The position numbers were made by a program, and so were the translations under genes. Of a stretch of 64,000 nt of DNA, positions 29,494-40,300 are shown piece after piece (positions within the stretch are counted from its first letter, which is position 1; the number at the start of each line of letters is the position of its first letter). The stretch spans positions 1,718,158-1,782,157 of the forward strand of contig OZ252242.1 of NCBI GenBank assembly GCA_965249595.1, read 5' to 3'. This DNA comes from Chloroflexota bacterium. GTDB lineage: Bacteria > Chloroflexota > UBA11872 > VXNJ01. The notes under the pieces were generated by a model. That model did not search any database and was not told the DNA's origin. It worked only from the letters and a program-made list of their open reading frames with translations.

Positions 29494-31056
29494 CTAGCTT
29501 TCGCCACGAATTAATGCGGCGACGCGTTCCGCGATCATCATCGTCGACAAATTGGTGTTGGCCCTTACGCAATCTGGCATGATCGAGGCGTCGACGACGC
29601 GCAGCCCGGCGATTCCGTGCACCGAACCGTTGTGGTCGACAACCGCTTGGGGGTCTGAAGACGGACCCATCTTGCAAGTGCTTGACACGTGGTGACTGGT
29701 CCGGATGTTGCTTGACATCCAGGCATCCAACGCGCCGTCCGATACCAGGTCAGCACCGGTTGGATTCAATGGACTTTCGATGACGTCTGCATATGAATCC
29801 CACTCCCCCAAGCGGGCGCAAAGCCGCACGCCTTCGCGCAGGCGCCGCCGGTCGGATTCTTCGGCCAAATAGTTGTAGTCCAGCAGAGGGTGTTCGCGCG
29901 GATTCGACGAGCGGAGCTGCAGGTGGCCGCTGCCTTCGGCAAGGTATAGGGCGACAATCATCCCAACGCCTATCGGGTCGCCGCTAGTGGACAGGTAAAA
30001 ACTTCGATCGGTCACCAAGGAGTAGGCATGAATGAACATGTCGTTTCGCAATAGCGAGCCCGCGGCGGTGTATTGCAAACCAACCTGCATGCTCTGCACG
30101 GACTCGTCGAATTTGTGGCTTGGCCGGGCAAGCCAATCCAGCTGCACCTGGGGGTGATCGCGCAGGTTGCGGCCCACACCAGGTAGACCGTGACGAACTT
30201 TCAGTCCAATCGGTTCCAAGACATCGGCGGGCCCCACGCCGGATAGCAGCAGAATTTGCGGTGAGCCGATTGACCCGGCCGAGAGAATCACCTCCTCGGC
30301 ATGAACCTCAAACAACTCGCCGCCGCTCTCGACCAAGACTCCGTTGGCACGCCCGTCGGCAATAAGAACGCGGTGAACGTGGCAATCGGGTCTGATCGTG
30401 AGATTGAGGCGGTGTCGGGCCAGCGGCAGGTAGCCGACGGCGGTACTCCAACGGATTCCGTCCGGGTTGTTCATTGGGATCGGTCCAACCCCAGTGGAAT
30501 TGGGATCATTGAGGTCTGAGCTGTACGGGAAACCGATTTCGCGAACCGCCGTGTAAAACGCCTGCTGGTCTGCTAGCCACTCTTCCTGGGGCCAGCGCCT
30601 GGCAACGATGGGCCCATCATTGCCGTGGATATCGCCGCCGTGGTCCGAATCGGATTCGACCGCCTTAAAGTACGGCAAGATGTCCGCGTACGCCCAACCC
30701 GGATTGCCGGCCGCTGCCCAGCTGTCGAAGTCCTCGGGAATGCCGCGCAGGAATACCTGGGCATTTACGGCCGACGATCCCCCGACCAATTTGCCGCGCG
30801 GAATCATGATCGAAGGCAAATCATCGGTCGCCCGGGCTTCGTATTCCCAGTTAAAGGGGCTGTCGTAACCAAACGCTTTTGCCCAGAAGTTCTGGTTCCC
30901 GTAACCGAACTTGATCTCGTCCGGCATCTGCTCAAGGTCCGGATAGTCGGGACCGGCTTCAAGAAGTAGAACCGTTCGGTCGCGGTCCTCCGAGAGCCTG
31001 GTGGCGAGCACCGCGCCAGCGGAACCGGCGCCAACAATTACCGTGTCGTACCTAAT
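29494..31056 (-). CDS. GMC-family FAD oxidoreductase (choline-dehydrogenase-like); probable ATT start at 31056
   Basis: YDTVIVGAGSAGAVLATRLSED FAD-binding Rossmann motif and GMC signatures (GG.S.VN....RG, C-terminal HxxxTxxMG). The only in-frame ATG/GTG/TTG (GTG 31011) would delete GxGxxG. In-frame TAG then EEPE-ATT, with AGGAGG 8 nt upstream of ATT. Confidence 0.75.
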   Translation of the reverse strand: MRYDTVIVGAGSAGAVLATRLSEDRDRTVLLLEAGPDYPDLEQMPDEIKFGYGNQNFWAKAFGYDSPFNWEYEARATDDLPSIMIPRGKLVGGSSAVNAQVFLRGIPEDFDSWAAAGNPGWAYADILPYFKAVESDSDHGGDIHGNDGPIVARRWPQEEWLADQQAFYTAVREIGFPYSSDLNDPNSTGVGPIPMNNPDGIRWSTAVGYLPLARHRLNLTIRPDCHVHRVLIADGRANGVLVESGGELFEVHAEEVILSAGSIGSPQILLLSGVGPADVLEPIGLKVRHGLPGVGRNLRDHPQVQLDWLARPSHKFDESVQSMQVGLQYTAAGSLLRNDMFIHAYSLVTDRSFYLSTSGDPIGVGMIVALYLAEGSGHLQLRSSNPREHPLLDYNYLAEESDRRRLREGVRLCARLGEWDSYADVIESPLNPTGADLVSDGALDAWMSSNIRTSHHVSSTCKMGPSSDPQAVVDHNGSVHGIAGLRVVDASIMPDCVRANTNLSTMMIAERVAALIRGES

Positions 31057-31064
31057 CTCGGGTT

Positions 31065-31070
31065 CCTCCT
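31065..31070 (-). promoter_or_regulatory. Perfect AGGAGG Shine-Dalgarno 8 nt upstream of ATT 31056
   Basis: Minus strand reads tag-gaggaacccgag-ATT-agg-tac-gac (RYDTVIVGAG...). Confidence 0.45.
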
Positions 31071-31099
31071 ACCGGCACCATCCGTGATCGCCGCAATCG

Positions 31100-32600
31100 G
31101 TTGTAAGGGGGGGACTCTCTACCATTTGTCAAGCCGCTGCGGCATCACTCCGGAGCAGTTCTGGCTGATAAAGGGTCTGGTTACGCAGCATAGCGCAGAC
31201 CACCGCCAACAAACGGTCAGCTACCGATCGCAACGCCCTTGCATGCCGATGGCCTCGAAGGCGTAATGCGTCGTATTTGCGTCGGCTGACCGGATCATGC
31301 TGAACCGCCACCCGGGCCCAGTGGTACATGGCATTGGCGAGTCGACGATGGACGGCATGGCGTCGGACAACGATCATGCTCTTGCCCGATCGCTTGGTTA
31401 TCGGCGCAACTCCGCATAATGAGCGCAGGGCGCGATAGTCTCTCCGCATAAGAGGATCATGCGCCTCGGTGAGCAGTGTGGCGAGGACCGTCCTTCCGAC
31501 TCCGGGAAGAGATGAGAGGATGGCCACGTCGCGCTGCCCGCTCTCACCCAGTGCATCGTTGGCGATGGCATCGGTTAAGCGGTCGATCTGGGTGTTGACC
31601 TCGAGCAGTTGACGCTGGATGAGCTTTAGACGTTCGGCGACCAGGGTGATCGTCGCGACGGCAGCCTCGGTTGTGCCCGGAGACACCTTTATCGCTTCCT
31701 GGCGCAGCATCGAGAGCACGCCTGTCGCATCAATGCGACGGATGCGATGGCGTTTTAGCAACTGGGTTACCCGGCCTCGACTCAATCGCCGCCCCCTCTC
31801 CGGTGTGGGAGCCATCTGCCACAGATCCAGGATCCATGGCTCGGTGACGTTGTTGCTGATCTCCAGGACCTGCGGATAGTAGCGCCAGAGTTGTTGTCGC
31901 ACCCGGTTGCTAAGGCGGGTGCGCTCCTTGGTGAGCTCCTGAAGCCAAACGTGAGAACTCTCTTAGCTCCACGGTCAAGGGATCTGGCGATGCCAGCTGC
32001 CGCAGCACCTGCGGATCGGTGCGCAGGGCATCGGCCAGGACCCTGGCATCGCGGCGGTCGTCCTTGGCGCCGGCTGGGAAGAAGCGATCACGGAAGCGAT
32101 CGAGTTGCTTGGGGTTGATGGCATGCACTTTAAACCCGCGATCGAGCAGGCTCTCGACCACCGGTCCATGCGGCACCTCAATGGCGATGGCGATATCTTC
32201 GGGGTCGGTTCCGGTGCGGGACAGGATCCAGGCGGCCATGGCCGCCAATCCGGATCCACGATGCGGGAAATTACGCTGACCATGTTCGTTGCCGTCAGCG
32301 TCGATGATGCAGACCTGGTGCTCGGCGATGGCCCTTCTCGATCCGGCGTACCAGGAAGTGTGTTCTTTCACGGTCCTTCCCCATGTGTGGTGCGCGATGG
32401 TATTGATCGCATTGAAGGTCCGCCACGACACCTGCCAATCCCTGTACCGGCGTTCTAAGACGCAAACTCTCCACGGGGCATCTGCCGCGGCCAGCTGCAC
32501 CGGGGCACGGGTCCCCCCCACGGTGCTCAAAAGACACAAGGGGCGATTGGTTACTCCCGGCCGCTGACCTTGACGTCATCCAGGCTGAGCAGAGCATCGC
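31100..32600 (-). mobile_element. IS110-family insertion sequence (boundaries approximate)
   Basis: Contains the IS110 transposase coding region, N-domain and C-domain in collinear order; IS110 elements lack terminal inverted repeats, so ends cannot be fixed by eye. Confidence 0.65.
31129..32539 (-). pseudogene. IS110-family transposase, split by a frameshift between 31913 and 31962
   Basis: ORF 31910-32539 is the DEDD N-domain (VCIIDADGNEHG..., IAIAIEVPHGP...AINPKQLDRFRDRF). ORF 31129-31902 is the C-domain (LQELTKERTRLSNRVRQQLWRYYPQVLE..., LPGVGRTVLATLL..., GVAPITKRSGKS). End coordinates differ by 1 mod 3. Confidence 0.7.
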
Positions 32601-32960
32601 GCATGCCCAATTGCTTAGTCAGATGAAGCTACCTAAAGGTACAGGGGCTTTGATTTTGCCCGGAGATCGCCGCTTTTATACTCATGGCCCACGATACCGA
32701 ATTCCCCGGGCGGCTGCCGCCTGGGGCCGCGTCGCATCGCTGATTGAGACCTGCAAGATGAACGGCGTCGAGCCCTACGCCTGGTTCAAGAGCACGCTGG
32801 AGAAGATCGCCACCGGCCACCCGCAATCGAAGATCCACGAGCTGCTGCCCTGGAACTTCGGGCCCGCGACCGACGCCGACTGACGACGGCGCTCAATCCG
32901 CCCTTCGATAAATCCCCATAGTCAACCCGGATCCCGATATGGGGTCAGGCCACCGCTTAC
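32600..32960 (+). mobile_element. IS66-family 3-prime fragment (transposase C-terminus plus terminal inverted-repeat end)
   Basis: WGRVASLIETCKMNGVEPYAWFKSTLEKIATGHPQSKIHELLPWNF matches the IS66 TnpC C-terminus. About 70 nt downstream, ccaccgcttac is the complement of the canonical IS66 terminal GTAAGCG... Confidence 0.6.
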
Positions 32961-33526
32961 GAAAGACCTGGACGAGTGGATTCTTCATGGCCATGTCTCG
33001 ATCCCATCCAGAGAACAACCATAGCCCCAACGAGGATGGCGGGAACCGCGGCGTAGAGCACCCCGTTCCAGCCAAGCAGCTGCATGACTGCCCCCGCACT
33101 CAAGGAGGCAATGGCCGAGATACCCATAATGCTGAAATCGTTCAGCGCCTGGACACGGAAGCGTTCGGCTGGACGATAGGCTCGGGCCAGTAGCGTCGTT
33201 CCTCCAATATAGAGGAAATTCCAGCCGACTCCGAGCGCCACCATGGCCAGGCCGTAGTGCAGCATGTGGCGGCCCGCCAGGCCCGCAACCAGGGTGGCGC
33301 CAAGCAGCGCCCCTCCCACAATCATCACCCGCACGGCGCCGAAGCGTCCGATGAGAACACCACTGAACAATGAAGGAAGATACATCGCCAGCACATGGAC
33401 CTGGATGACCGCCGCCGTTGCCGCCAGGGAATACCCGTCGAAAACATGCAAAACGGCGACGCCGCTCTGCCATTGATCTTTGCAGTTATTCCGGCGATCG
33501 GCCTGACCTACTGCCGGCTGCGGCAC
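32957..33526 (-). pseudogene. MFS transporter C-terminal-half fragment
   Basis: Six TM helices of MFS C-domain type (GGALLGATLVAGLAG..., LGVGWNFLYIGGTTLL...). N-terminal half absent. The stop codon TAA lies inside the IS66 terminal repeat (revcomp of tta 32957-59), so the 3-prime end is truncated by the IS66 insertion. Confidence 0.55.
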
Positions 33527-34095
33527 TGGCGGTCGCCTTCATAAGCGCTTGATCATCGGCCGGACCAAATGGTGCCTGCATAAATCGTGGGGCAACTCGG
33601 CCCCATTCCCGCCTGGAGCTTTGGAATCGCCCATGCCCGGGTCGATCGTCAATCCTGTTTGTAACGCCGTTCCGTTTCCTCGATGGCAATATCGAGGTCG
33701 GTCCACATGCGCTCAACCATCGATTGCAGGCGCACGCCCATAAATGCTCCCTATCGGGCGAGAGCGTCGGGTCAGTGCGCCAAAAAAACACGCGTTTGAG
33801 CGTGCGAAGCAATCGATTTCAATGTTGTCAACTGGGCTATTTATGCACATTTTTATTCGCTCATTTGCCCTACACCCAATATCCGTAGTCAAAAGCACTG
33901 ATTTCATCTTTCGAAACGACCGGCAGCAATTCTTGGATCACCTTCCGGTCAACAATCGCGCCCTGCTTCATCGTTGATCGGATTTCTTCGTCGGCGATCC
34001 AGTCACTGTTCCAAATCAATGCAGTTTCACACCCAATCGAATTGCGTTTGGCGCCGTTCCTGCAATCGCGGTTTGCGAAAGACTTTCCCCGCGGG

Positions 34096-35880
34096 TTACC
34101 TGGGTATTACCGGCAGAACGATATACGAAGCGTAGGCCGACGAGTGATGGATTACCTGGTGGGCTATCTCGAGACGAGCGTCCTGACCGATCGGCGCGCC
34201 GGTGTTGAGGTTGCGGTCAAAGCGAGGGAAATTGCTGCTGGAAATCTCCACTCGAAGTCGGTGGCCAGCCTGGACGACATGGCTGGTTGCCCAAAGGTCG
34301 ATCGTGTATTCGTAGACCCGGCCCGGGGTGATGGGCGAGGGTTCGGATGCTGATGCCCGATATCGGGCCCGGACAATTCCATCCTGCAAGTTTTGGGCAT
34401 AGCCATCTGGTCTGACGTCCACAAGTTTGGCGGTGAAGTCAGTGTCTACCGCACTGGATGCAGCAAATAAGCTGACACTGATTGGACCGGTGATTTCCAT
34501 GTCGCTGTCCAGCGGCTCTGATGTATAGATCAGTACGTCCTGCCGCTCCTCCACCTCCCGTTGATCTGCGACACCGTAGGGAATGATCAAAGTGTTGCCC
34601 CCACGCGTCGGTGCCGGATCGTGAGGATCAAAGACATAGGAGTCCGGGGCCTCATCGCCCGGAGGATCGATAGAAAGGGACCCGGAGCCGTTAAGGGTGT
34701 TGGCCGCACCGTCGGAATGGAGATAGAACCGGGTGTAAATTGTGCGGGCCAGTGGCCACTCGTTCTCGTATCGCCAGCGGTTCTCGCCCATCACGAACAG
34801 ATATATCGGCGGATCGTCCAGTATGCCCGTGTCCTGGTCTTTCAGCCAAAAATCAAACCAGCGCAACAGGTATTCGTGGAGCTCTATGCGGGCGTCGTCA
34901 CCAAAGTCGATGTCCCCGGCGTCTCCGGAGCTTGACCCAGTGTACGGGCGCAGGTGTGCCCAGGGCCCAACTAGTAATTTCTGGTTTTTCCGCGCTAGTT
35001 GGCTTCCGCCTTTCTCTCGAATGCCGCTGTACGCGTTCAACGCCCCTTCCAGGAATATGTCGTACCAGGAAGTGACGTGAAACATCGGGATGGTGATGCC
35101 CGACAGATGTCGATTTAGGTTGATACGCCACCAGTAGGGGCCGTCTCCCTCGTTTGCAAGGTATTCCCGAAAGTACGGTGCCGTTTCTTCCAAAAGGTTC
35201 GCCCAATCGCTCAAGGGCAGGTGGCGAAACCATTCTTCGGTCAGCGGTCGGGCGAAGTTGTCAGCGGGCAGCAGGTACTCTTCGATCTTTTCCAATAGAT
35301 CGGTGCGGCCCAGGCGCTCCAAAGTGTTGCGCCCTTTATGGATGGCATAAGGAACCATCCAACCCCATTCCATTGCTCCGCCGGTGTGGTAAACCCAACT
35401 CTGGTGGAAATCGGAAGAAGCGGAGACCGGAGCCATTGCCTGGAGGTGCGGGGGCAGAGGGTTATTGGTGGCCAACGTGTACTGCGTTGCGCCCATATAC
35501 GATTGCCCGGTTGTGCCGACTCGTCCGTTGGACCATGGTTGGCTGGCGGTCCATTCGACGGTGTCGTAACCGTCCTGGACCTCCTGGAAAAGTGGGTCGT
35601 AGTCTTCCCCGTCTGATGCGAAGCGGGCGCGGCAGTCCTGGCTGACAACCACATAACCGCGGCCGGCGAAGTACCACACGGAATGGTCCGGATCATCGAC
35701 ATAAACGTCCTGACCATAGGGACTGCGGGTAATCAGGACCGGATATCTACCCGGAGCCTCAGGGCGGACTACATCGCATGCCAAACGAACCCCGTCCCGC
35801 ATCGGCACCATGACGTTTCGTTCGCGCACCACGCTAGAACTCTCCGCATATGAGGACACGTCGTGCTCCTGTTCGGCCAT
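34096..35880 (-). CDS. CocE/NonD-family (S15 X-Pro dipeptidyl-peptidase-like) alpha/beta hydrolase
   Basis: PVLITRSPYG, nucleophile elbow GQSYMG and a C-terminal PepX_C-like domain. Confidence 0.8.
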   Translation of the reverse strand: MAEQEHDVSSYAESSSVVRERNVMVPMRDGVRLACDVVRPEAPGRYPVLITRSPYGQDVYVDDPDHSVWYFAGRGYVVVSQDCRARFASDGEDYDPLFQEVQDGYDTVEWTASQPWSNGRVGTTGQSYMGATQYTLATNNPLPPHLQAMAPVSASSDFHQSWVYHTGGAMEWGWMVPYAIHKGRNTLERLGRTDLLEKIEEYLLPADNFARPLTEEWFRHLPLSDWANLLEETAPYFREYLANEGDGPYWWRINLNRHLSGITIPMFHVTSWYDIFLEGALNAYSGIREKGGSQLARKNQKLLVGPWAHLRPYTGSSSGDAGDIDFGDDARIELHEYLLRWFDFWLKDQDTGILDDPPIYLFVMGENRWRYENEWPLARTIYTRFYLHSDGAANTLNGSGSLSIDPPGDEAPDSYVFDPHDPAPTRGGNTLIIPYGVADQREVEERQDVLIYTSEPLDSDMEITGPISVSLFAASSAVDTDFTAKLVDVRPDGYAQNLQDGIVRARYRASASEPSPITPGRVYEYTIDLWATSHVVQAGHRLRVEISSSNFPRFDRNLNTGAPIGQDARLEIAHQVIHHSSAYASYIVLPVIPR

Positions 35881-36118
35881 TTATCTGGGCATTATTACGC
35901 AATTGTGCGCGGGCCTGGCCAGCCTCCGCGCGGCCGACCTGATCGGCTCCGGAATTGATGGCCGATACGAAGGTCAGTGCCGGTTTGAAAAAAACTCAAG
36001 GCGATCAATTTATTGCATATACGATCGAAAGTAAACGACCACTCTGATCGCTGGATGAGTGGTTCGGAGTATTCTTCATCTCAAATCGACGTCAGTTGAG
36101 TATTGGAAACAATTGCAT

Positions 36119-36490
36119 ATGGATCTTGGCGCTTTTTCAATCAGCCTCGCAGTTGCCGACCTTGAAGCTTCGCGAGAGTTTTATGAACAATTGGGGTTTG
36201 AAAAAGTCGGCGGAGACCCTTCCCAAAATTGGCTGATCGTGCGAAATGGTGACCACACCATCGGCCTATTCCAGGGAATGTTTGAAAAGAACATCCTCAC
36301 ATTCAATCCCGGGTGGGACAAATTCGGCAGTCAGCTCGAATCATTCACCGATGTTCGAGAGCTCCAGCGCCGATTGAAGGCCAATGGCATACACATCGCC
36401 GACGAAGCCGATGAAAACGGCGTTGGGCCAGCAAATTTCTTGGCAGTGGACCCAGACGGCAATCCGATCCTGGTCGACCAGCATTGTTGA
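36119..36490 (+). CDS. VOC/glyoxalase-family protein
   Basis: [30 protein letters not shown] glyoxalase betaalphabetabetabeta module. Confidence 0.65.
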   Translation: MDLGAFSISLAVADLEASREFYEQLGFEKVGGDPSQNWLIVRNGDHTIGLFQGMFEKNILTFNPGWDKFGSQLESFTDVRELQRRLKANGIHIADEADENGVGPANFLAVDPDGNPILVDQHC

Positions 36491-36618
36491 CGGCGCTGTT
36501 AATCGCAGAGCAGTCGAATAATCAGGCAGCGATAGACCGCCCGAATTGATTCGGCAGGGCAAGCAAAGCCGCCATTGGAGCGAATACTGATCGCCCTACT
36601 ATTGGATGCCTCCAATCT

Positions 36619-37128
36619 TTACCCGCGAATTTTTTCCAAAGCCTCCTGGGCCAACTCTTTGAGATCCGGAATATTCTGGCGGACCCATTCGATTTTTGAA
36701 ACTGCCCTTGATTCGTGAAATTCGCCAAGCTGCCAAATCACGACGTAGGCATAGGAGGGATAGTGGGGTACCTTGGGCCCGAACACCGGATGGTAGTCGG
36801 CGGCATGGATCGTCTCGACCCGGGTAAGCAAATCCAGCAGGTGCATCCTAATTTCCTCTGTATCGGGAGATTCTTTCCAAACTACCCGTACGTAGGAAAG
36901 CCCTGAGGCAATTTCAGCCGTCAATATGGGGCCGATCGGGACCGGATCCTTTTCCGGAGTTCGAAATTGGTGATTTAGGCAATATGTGTAGCCGGGATCC
37001 TCGATTGCCTGATTTCGGATTTCGCAATAATGAGGGCCGCGCGGCACGCGTTCGGCATGCTCACCCTGATCACGATTGGCGCGATTTGACCAACACGTGG
37101 CGCAATTGTCGGATCCGCCATTGGGCAT
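36619..37128 (-). CDS. Hypothetical protein with N-terminal Cys/His cluster (C-x2-C...H-Y-C...C-L-N-H)
   Basis: Long ORF with codon bias like its neighbours; no recognisable family. Confidence 0.4.
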   Translation of the reverse strand: MPNGGSDNCATCWSNRANRDQGEHAERVPRGPHYCEIRNQAIEDPGYTYCLNHQFRTPEKDPVPIGPILTAEIASGLSYVRVVWKESPDTEEIRMHLLDLLTRVETIHAADYHPVFGPKVPHYPSYAYVVIWQLGEFHESRAVSKIEWVRQNIPDLKELAQEALEKIRG

Positions 37129-37395
37129 AAGTTACTTGGCCTCGCCGACGTAGCTCACCGGTTTTCGTTCAAATCTACGGCAATTAAGCGCAAGAATCGC
37201 CCCTACCGAAGGGAATTGGTCGGCCAAGCCGCGCCTTTTCTGTCGACGGGCAAATCACGCAGTTCGATTCTTGGAATATTCGTCCAAGCAGGCACTCCAT
37301 CTCTTGGTGGCGCAGGCAGAGTATTGATAACCCGAAATGTCTAGCGCTGGAAAAATACCTCGTACAGCCGCCAGTAAGGCGGCCACCGGAACTAC

Positions 37396-40300
37396 CTAGT
37401 CATTTACCGGAACGGGCACCAGATAAACATCGTAAGCGGCATCAGTTCCCAACGGCTCGGCGGCGTGAAACGGATCGTGATCGGCGAAATCGGGAACCAG
37501 TTGATCTCTGAGAATGTCACCCAACAGGGCGAGTTTTACCGGCAGCGGATCGCCTGGATGATATTCAAACACCGCCGCCTGGAAATACTGGCGGGTGAAT
37601 CCATAGGTCGTGCCCTCCGCGTGCAGTCTGCCGTCAAGACGCACATCAACCCTGGCATCGGTTTTGGGAAAGCCGAATGCACCCACTCCGCCCAGGTCGT
37701 AGAAGAAAGCTGCGAAGCCAACTTCGGCTCCTTCTATTGAGAAATCCGATACCTTGTGACCCCAGGGACCAAACGGCTCTCCCGGGTTGGGGTTTAAAAT
37801 CCCGGGCTCGGTACCCTGGTCCAAAGAGCCACCTACACCACCGCCGAGAGAGTCCCAGCCCAATCGGCGTTCCACCAGCCAGCCCTGACCGACGTTGTGG
37901 AAATCGACTACACCGCGCTGATAGAACTGGGTTAAGGTGCCGGTTTCCAAAACCAGGACCTCAGAGGTTGGATAACCCCAGCGATCCAATTTTCCGGTGG
38001 CTTCATAGTGCGCCAGGAAGTTAGCCTGCACGACAAGGCCATTGTCAAGCGTTACTGTCAGGTTTGGAATGTTGTGGAGCAGGTCGCTTTTGCCCGGTGC
38101 CTGCACCGAGAGGCTGACGGCCACTTCAACGGCGTGGGCAAATTCGGGAAGGATCGGATCCGGCGGGACGATCCGCCGCCCACCGCCGCCTCCACCGCCG
38201 CCGCTTCTGCTGACGCTGCGGCGCAGCGATGGTCTACCGGATTGAGAGGGCGACCAGGCGCCGACGCCAGAAGAGTTTTCGGCCCGGATCTGCAGCTCAT
38301 AGTCGCTGTCGTTGTCAAGTGCCGGGAGAATAACCTCTAGGCGACGATCGCCAATCGCCCAGATACTTGACATCAGCGTCCAGGAACCTGGAACATCGGG
38401 CGCGCTGGCGAATTTGTGGCGAAGGTCATAGGACTCGACCCGGGCGCCGCCGTCGGAGGATGGCGGCCGCCAAACGACGGTAAGGAACTGATCTCCCGCC
38501 GTCGCGCTGGTGATATTCGGTGCGGTTGGCCGCTGCACAATGGTGGTTCCGGTCACCGGCTCAGACCGTTCGCCGGCGCCGACCGAATTGCGCGCCCTTA
38601 ACTCCACGTTGTAGCTGATCCCGTCAGCCAGCCCGAGGAGCGAGTACTCAAGGCTGCCACCGGTCCAGATACTTCGAACTTCGGTCCAAGAGCTTGCTTG
38701 GTCCGGATCTTCATTTTTCTTATAGCGAAGGCCGTAAGCTGTTATCGCGCTCCCGCCAGGATCCGTAGGGCTCTGCCAGCTGATCATCAATGTGCGAATT
38801 CCACCGATTACCGATTGGATAGCGGGGGGCCCGGGGACGGATATCGGTGTTCCGTCGCCAGATTCCGACCAACCACCGGAGCCGGCGATGTTGACGGCGC
38901 TAATTTGTACGTCGTAACCAGTCCCGTTGGCTAGACCACCCAGGGAATAGGCGAGGCGTCTACCGGACCAGACATCTTGAATTTGCGTCCACGATCCGGA
39001 AACATCAGGGGCGAGGCTTCTCTTGTGGCGAAGGTGGTAGGTGGCTATCTCAGCCCCGCCGTCGTCAATCGGCCTTTGCCAGCTGACGATCAAAGTGCGG
39101 TTGCCAACTTCGACCGCACTAACGGTTGGAATGCCCGGTATTACTACCGGAGTTCCGGAACGCGTTGAGGACCATGGTCCGGGATCCAGCTGAGAATCGG
39201 CGCGCACCTGGAGATCGTAGGACGTGCCGTTGGCCAACCCGGACAGTGAATACTGTCGGTTCCCGCCGGACAAGATGCCGATAACTGTGGTCCACGAACT
39301 TGGGCGGTCCGGATTCCGGCTTCTCTTGTGGCGAAGATCGTAATTGGTAATTGGTGACCCGCCGTCGTCCGTAGGGCTGAGCCATTCGACGGTCAATTCC
39401 CTGTCGTCAGCGGAAATAGTTCGGATAACCGGTTTTCGTGCATTGTCATTGGGCACGCCGCTGCGAGGACTCGACCAGCTTCCGCCGCCCGCCGCATTTA
39501 CTGCTCTGACCTGCACGTCATAGGGTGTGTCATTGAGCAATCCGGATAGTGAGTATTCGAGATTGCCGCCGGACCAGATATCGAGCGCCTCTGTCCAGGA
39601 GCCTGGCTCATCCGGATCACTGCTCCGCTTTCGACGAAGATCATAGCCGGTTACGACAGCCCCGCCGGTGGCTGATGGGCGTTGCCAGCTAATGATGAGT
39701 CCCTGGAAATAAGAGACGACTTCAGTGACATTAGGGCGCCCCGGCACCGTCCTGGGGGTAGCGTCACTGGACGTTGACCAGACACCTTCGCCTTCGGCAT
39801 TTACCGCTCTGATTTGAATGTCGTAGGCAGTTCCATTGCTCAGCCCGGAAGAAATCGAAAAATTGAGATTGCCGCCGCTCCAAAAACCCGAAACCAGGGT
39901 CCAGGAACCGGGCACGTCGGGGTCAAGGCTTCTTTTGCGTTGCAGGTCGTAGCCGGTAATTTCAGCGCCGCCGTTATCGCTTGGCTGATTCCAGTACACC
40001 GACAATTCCCGCGGTCCGGGTTCGATTTGGCTGATCGTTGGTGACCCGGGAACCGTTCTCGGGATACCGTTAGCGGATGTCGACCAAGCGCTGGCGCCAG
40101 CGGAGTTGACCGCCCGGACTTGGACGTCATAGGTAATTCCGTTGTCTATCCCGGTGGAAATCAGGTAGCTACGTTCGCGGATCGGCCAGACCGCAATGAT
40201 TTCAGTCCAGTTTCGATTCAGATCGGGAGCGCTGCCGCGCTTGTGCCGAAGGTCATAGCCGGTAATTTCAGCGCCGCCGTTAGCACCCGGGGGATCCCAA

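Noticed and set aside
32611-32720. N-terminal 36 codons of the 90-aa ORF (MLSQMKLPKGTGALILPGDRRFYTHGPRYRIPRAAAA) as part of the IS66 transposase
   Set aside because: This part does not resemble TnpC; it is probably read-through of junction sequence. Only the C-terminal ~55 aa are IS66-derived.
33870-33971. 33-codon minus-strand ORF MKQGAIVDRKVIQELLPVVSKDEISAFDYGYWV just downstream of the CocE gene; its frame is open for about 45 further codons upstream
   Set aside because: Too short, with no recognisable family and no obvious SD; may be a C-terminal relic of a deleted gene but cannot be supported.
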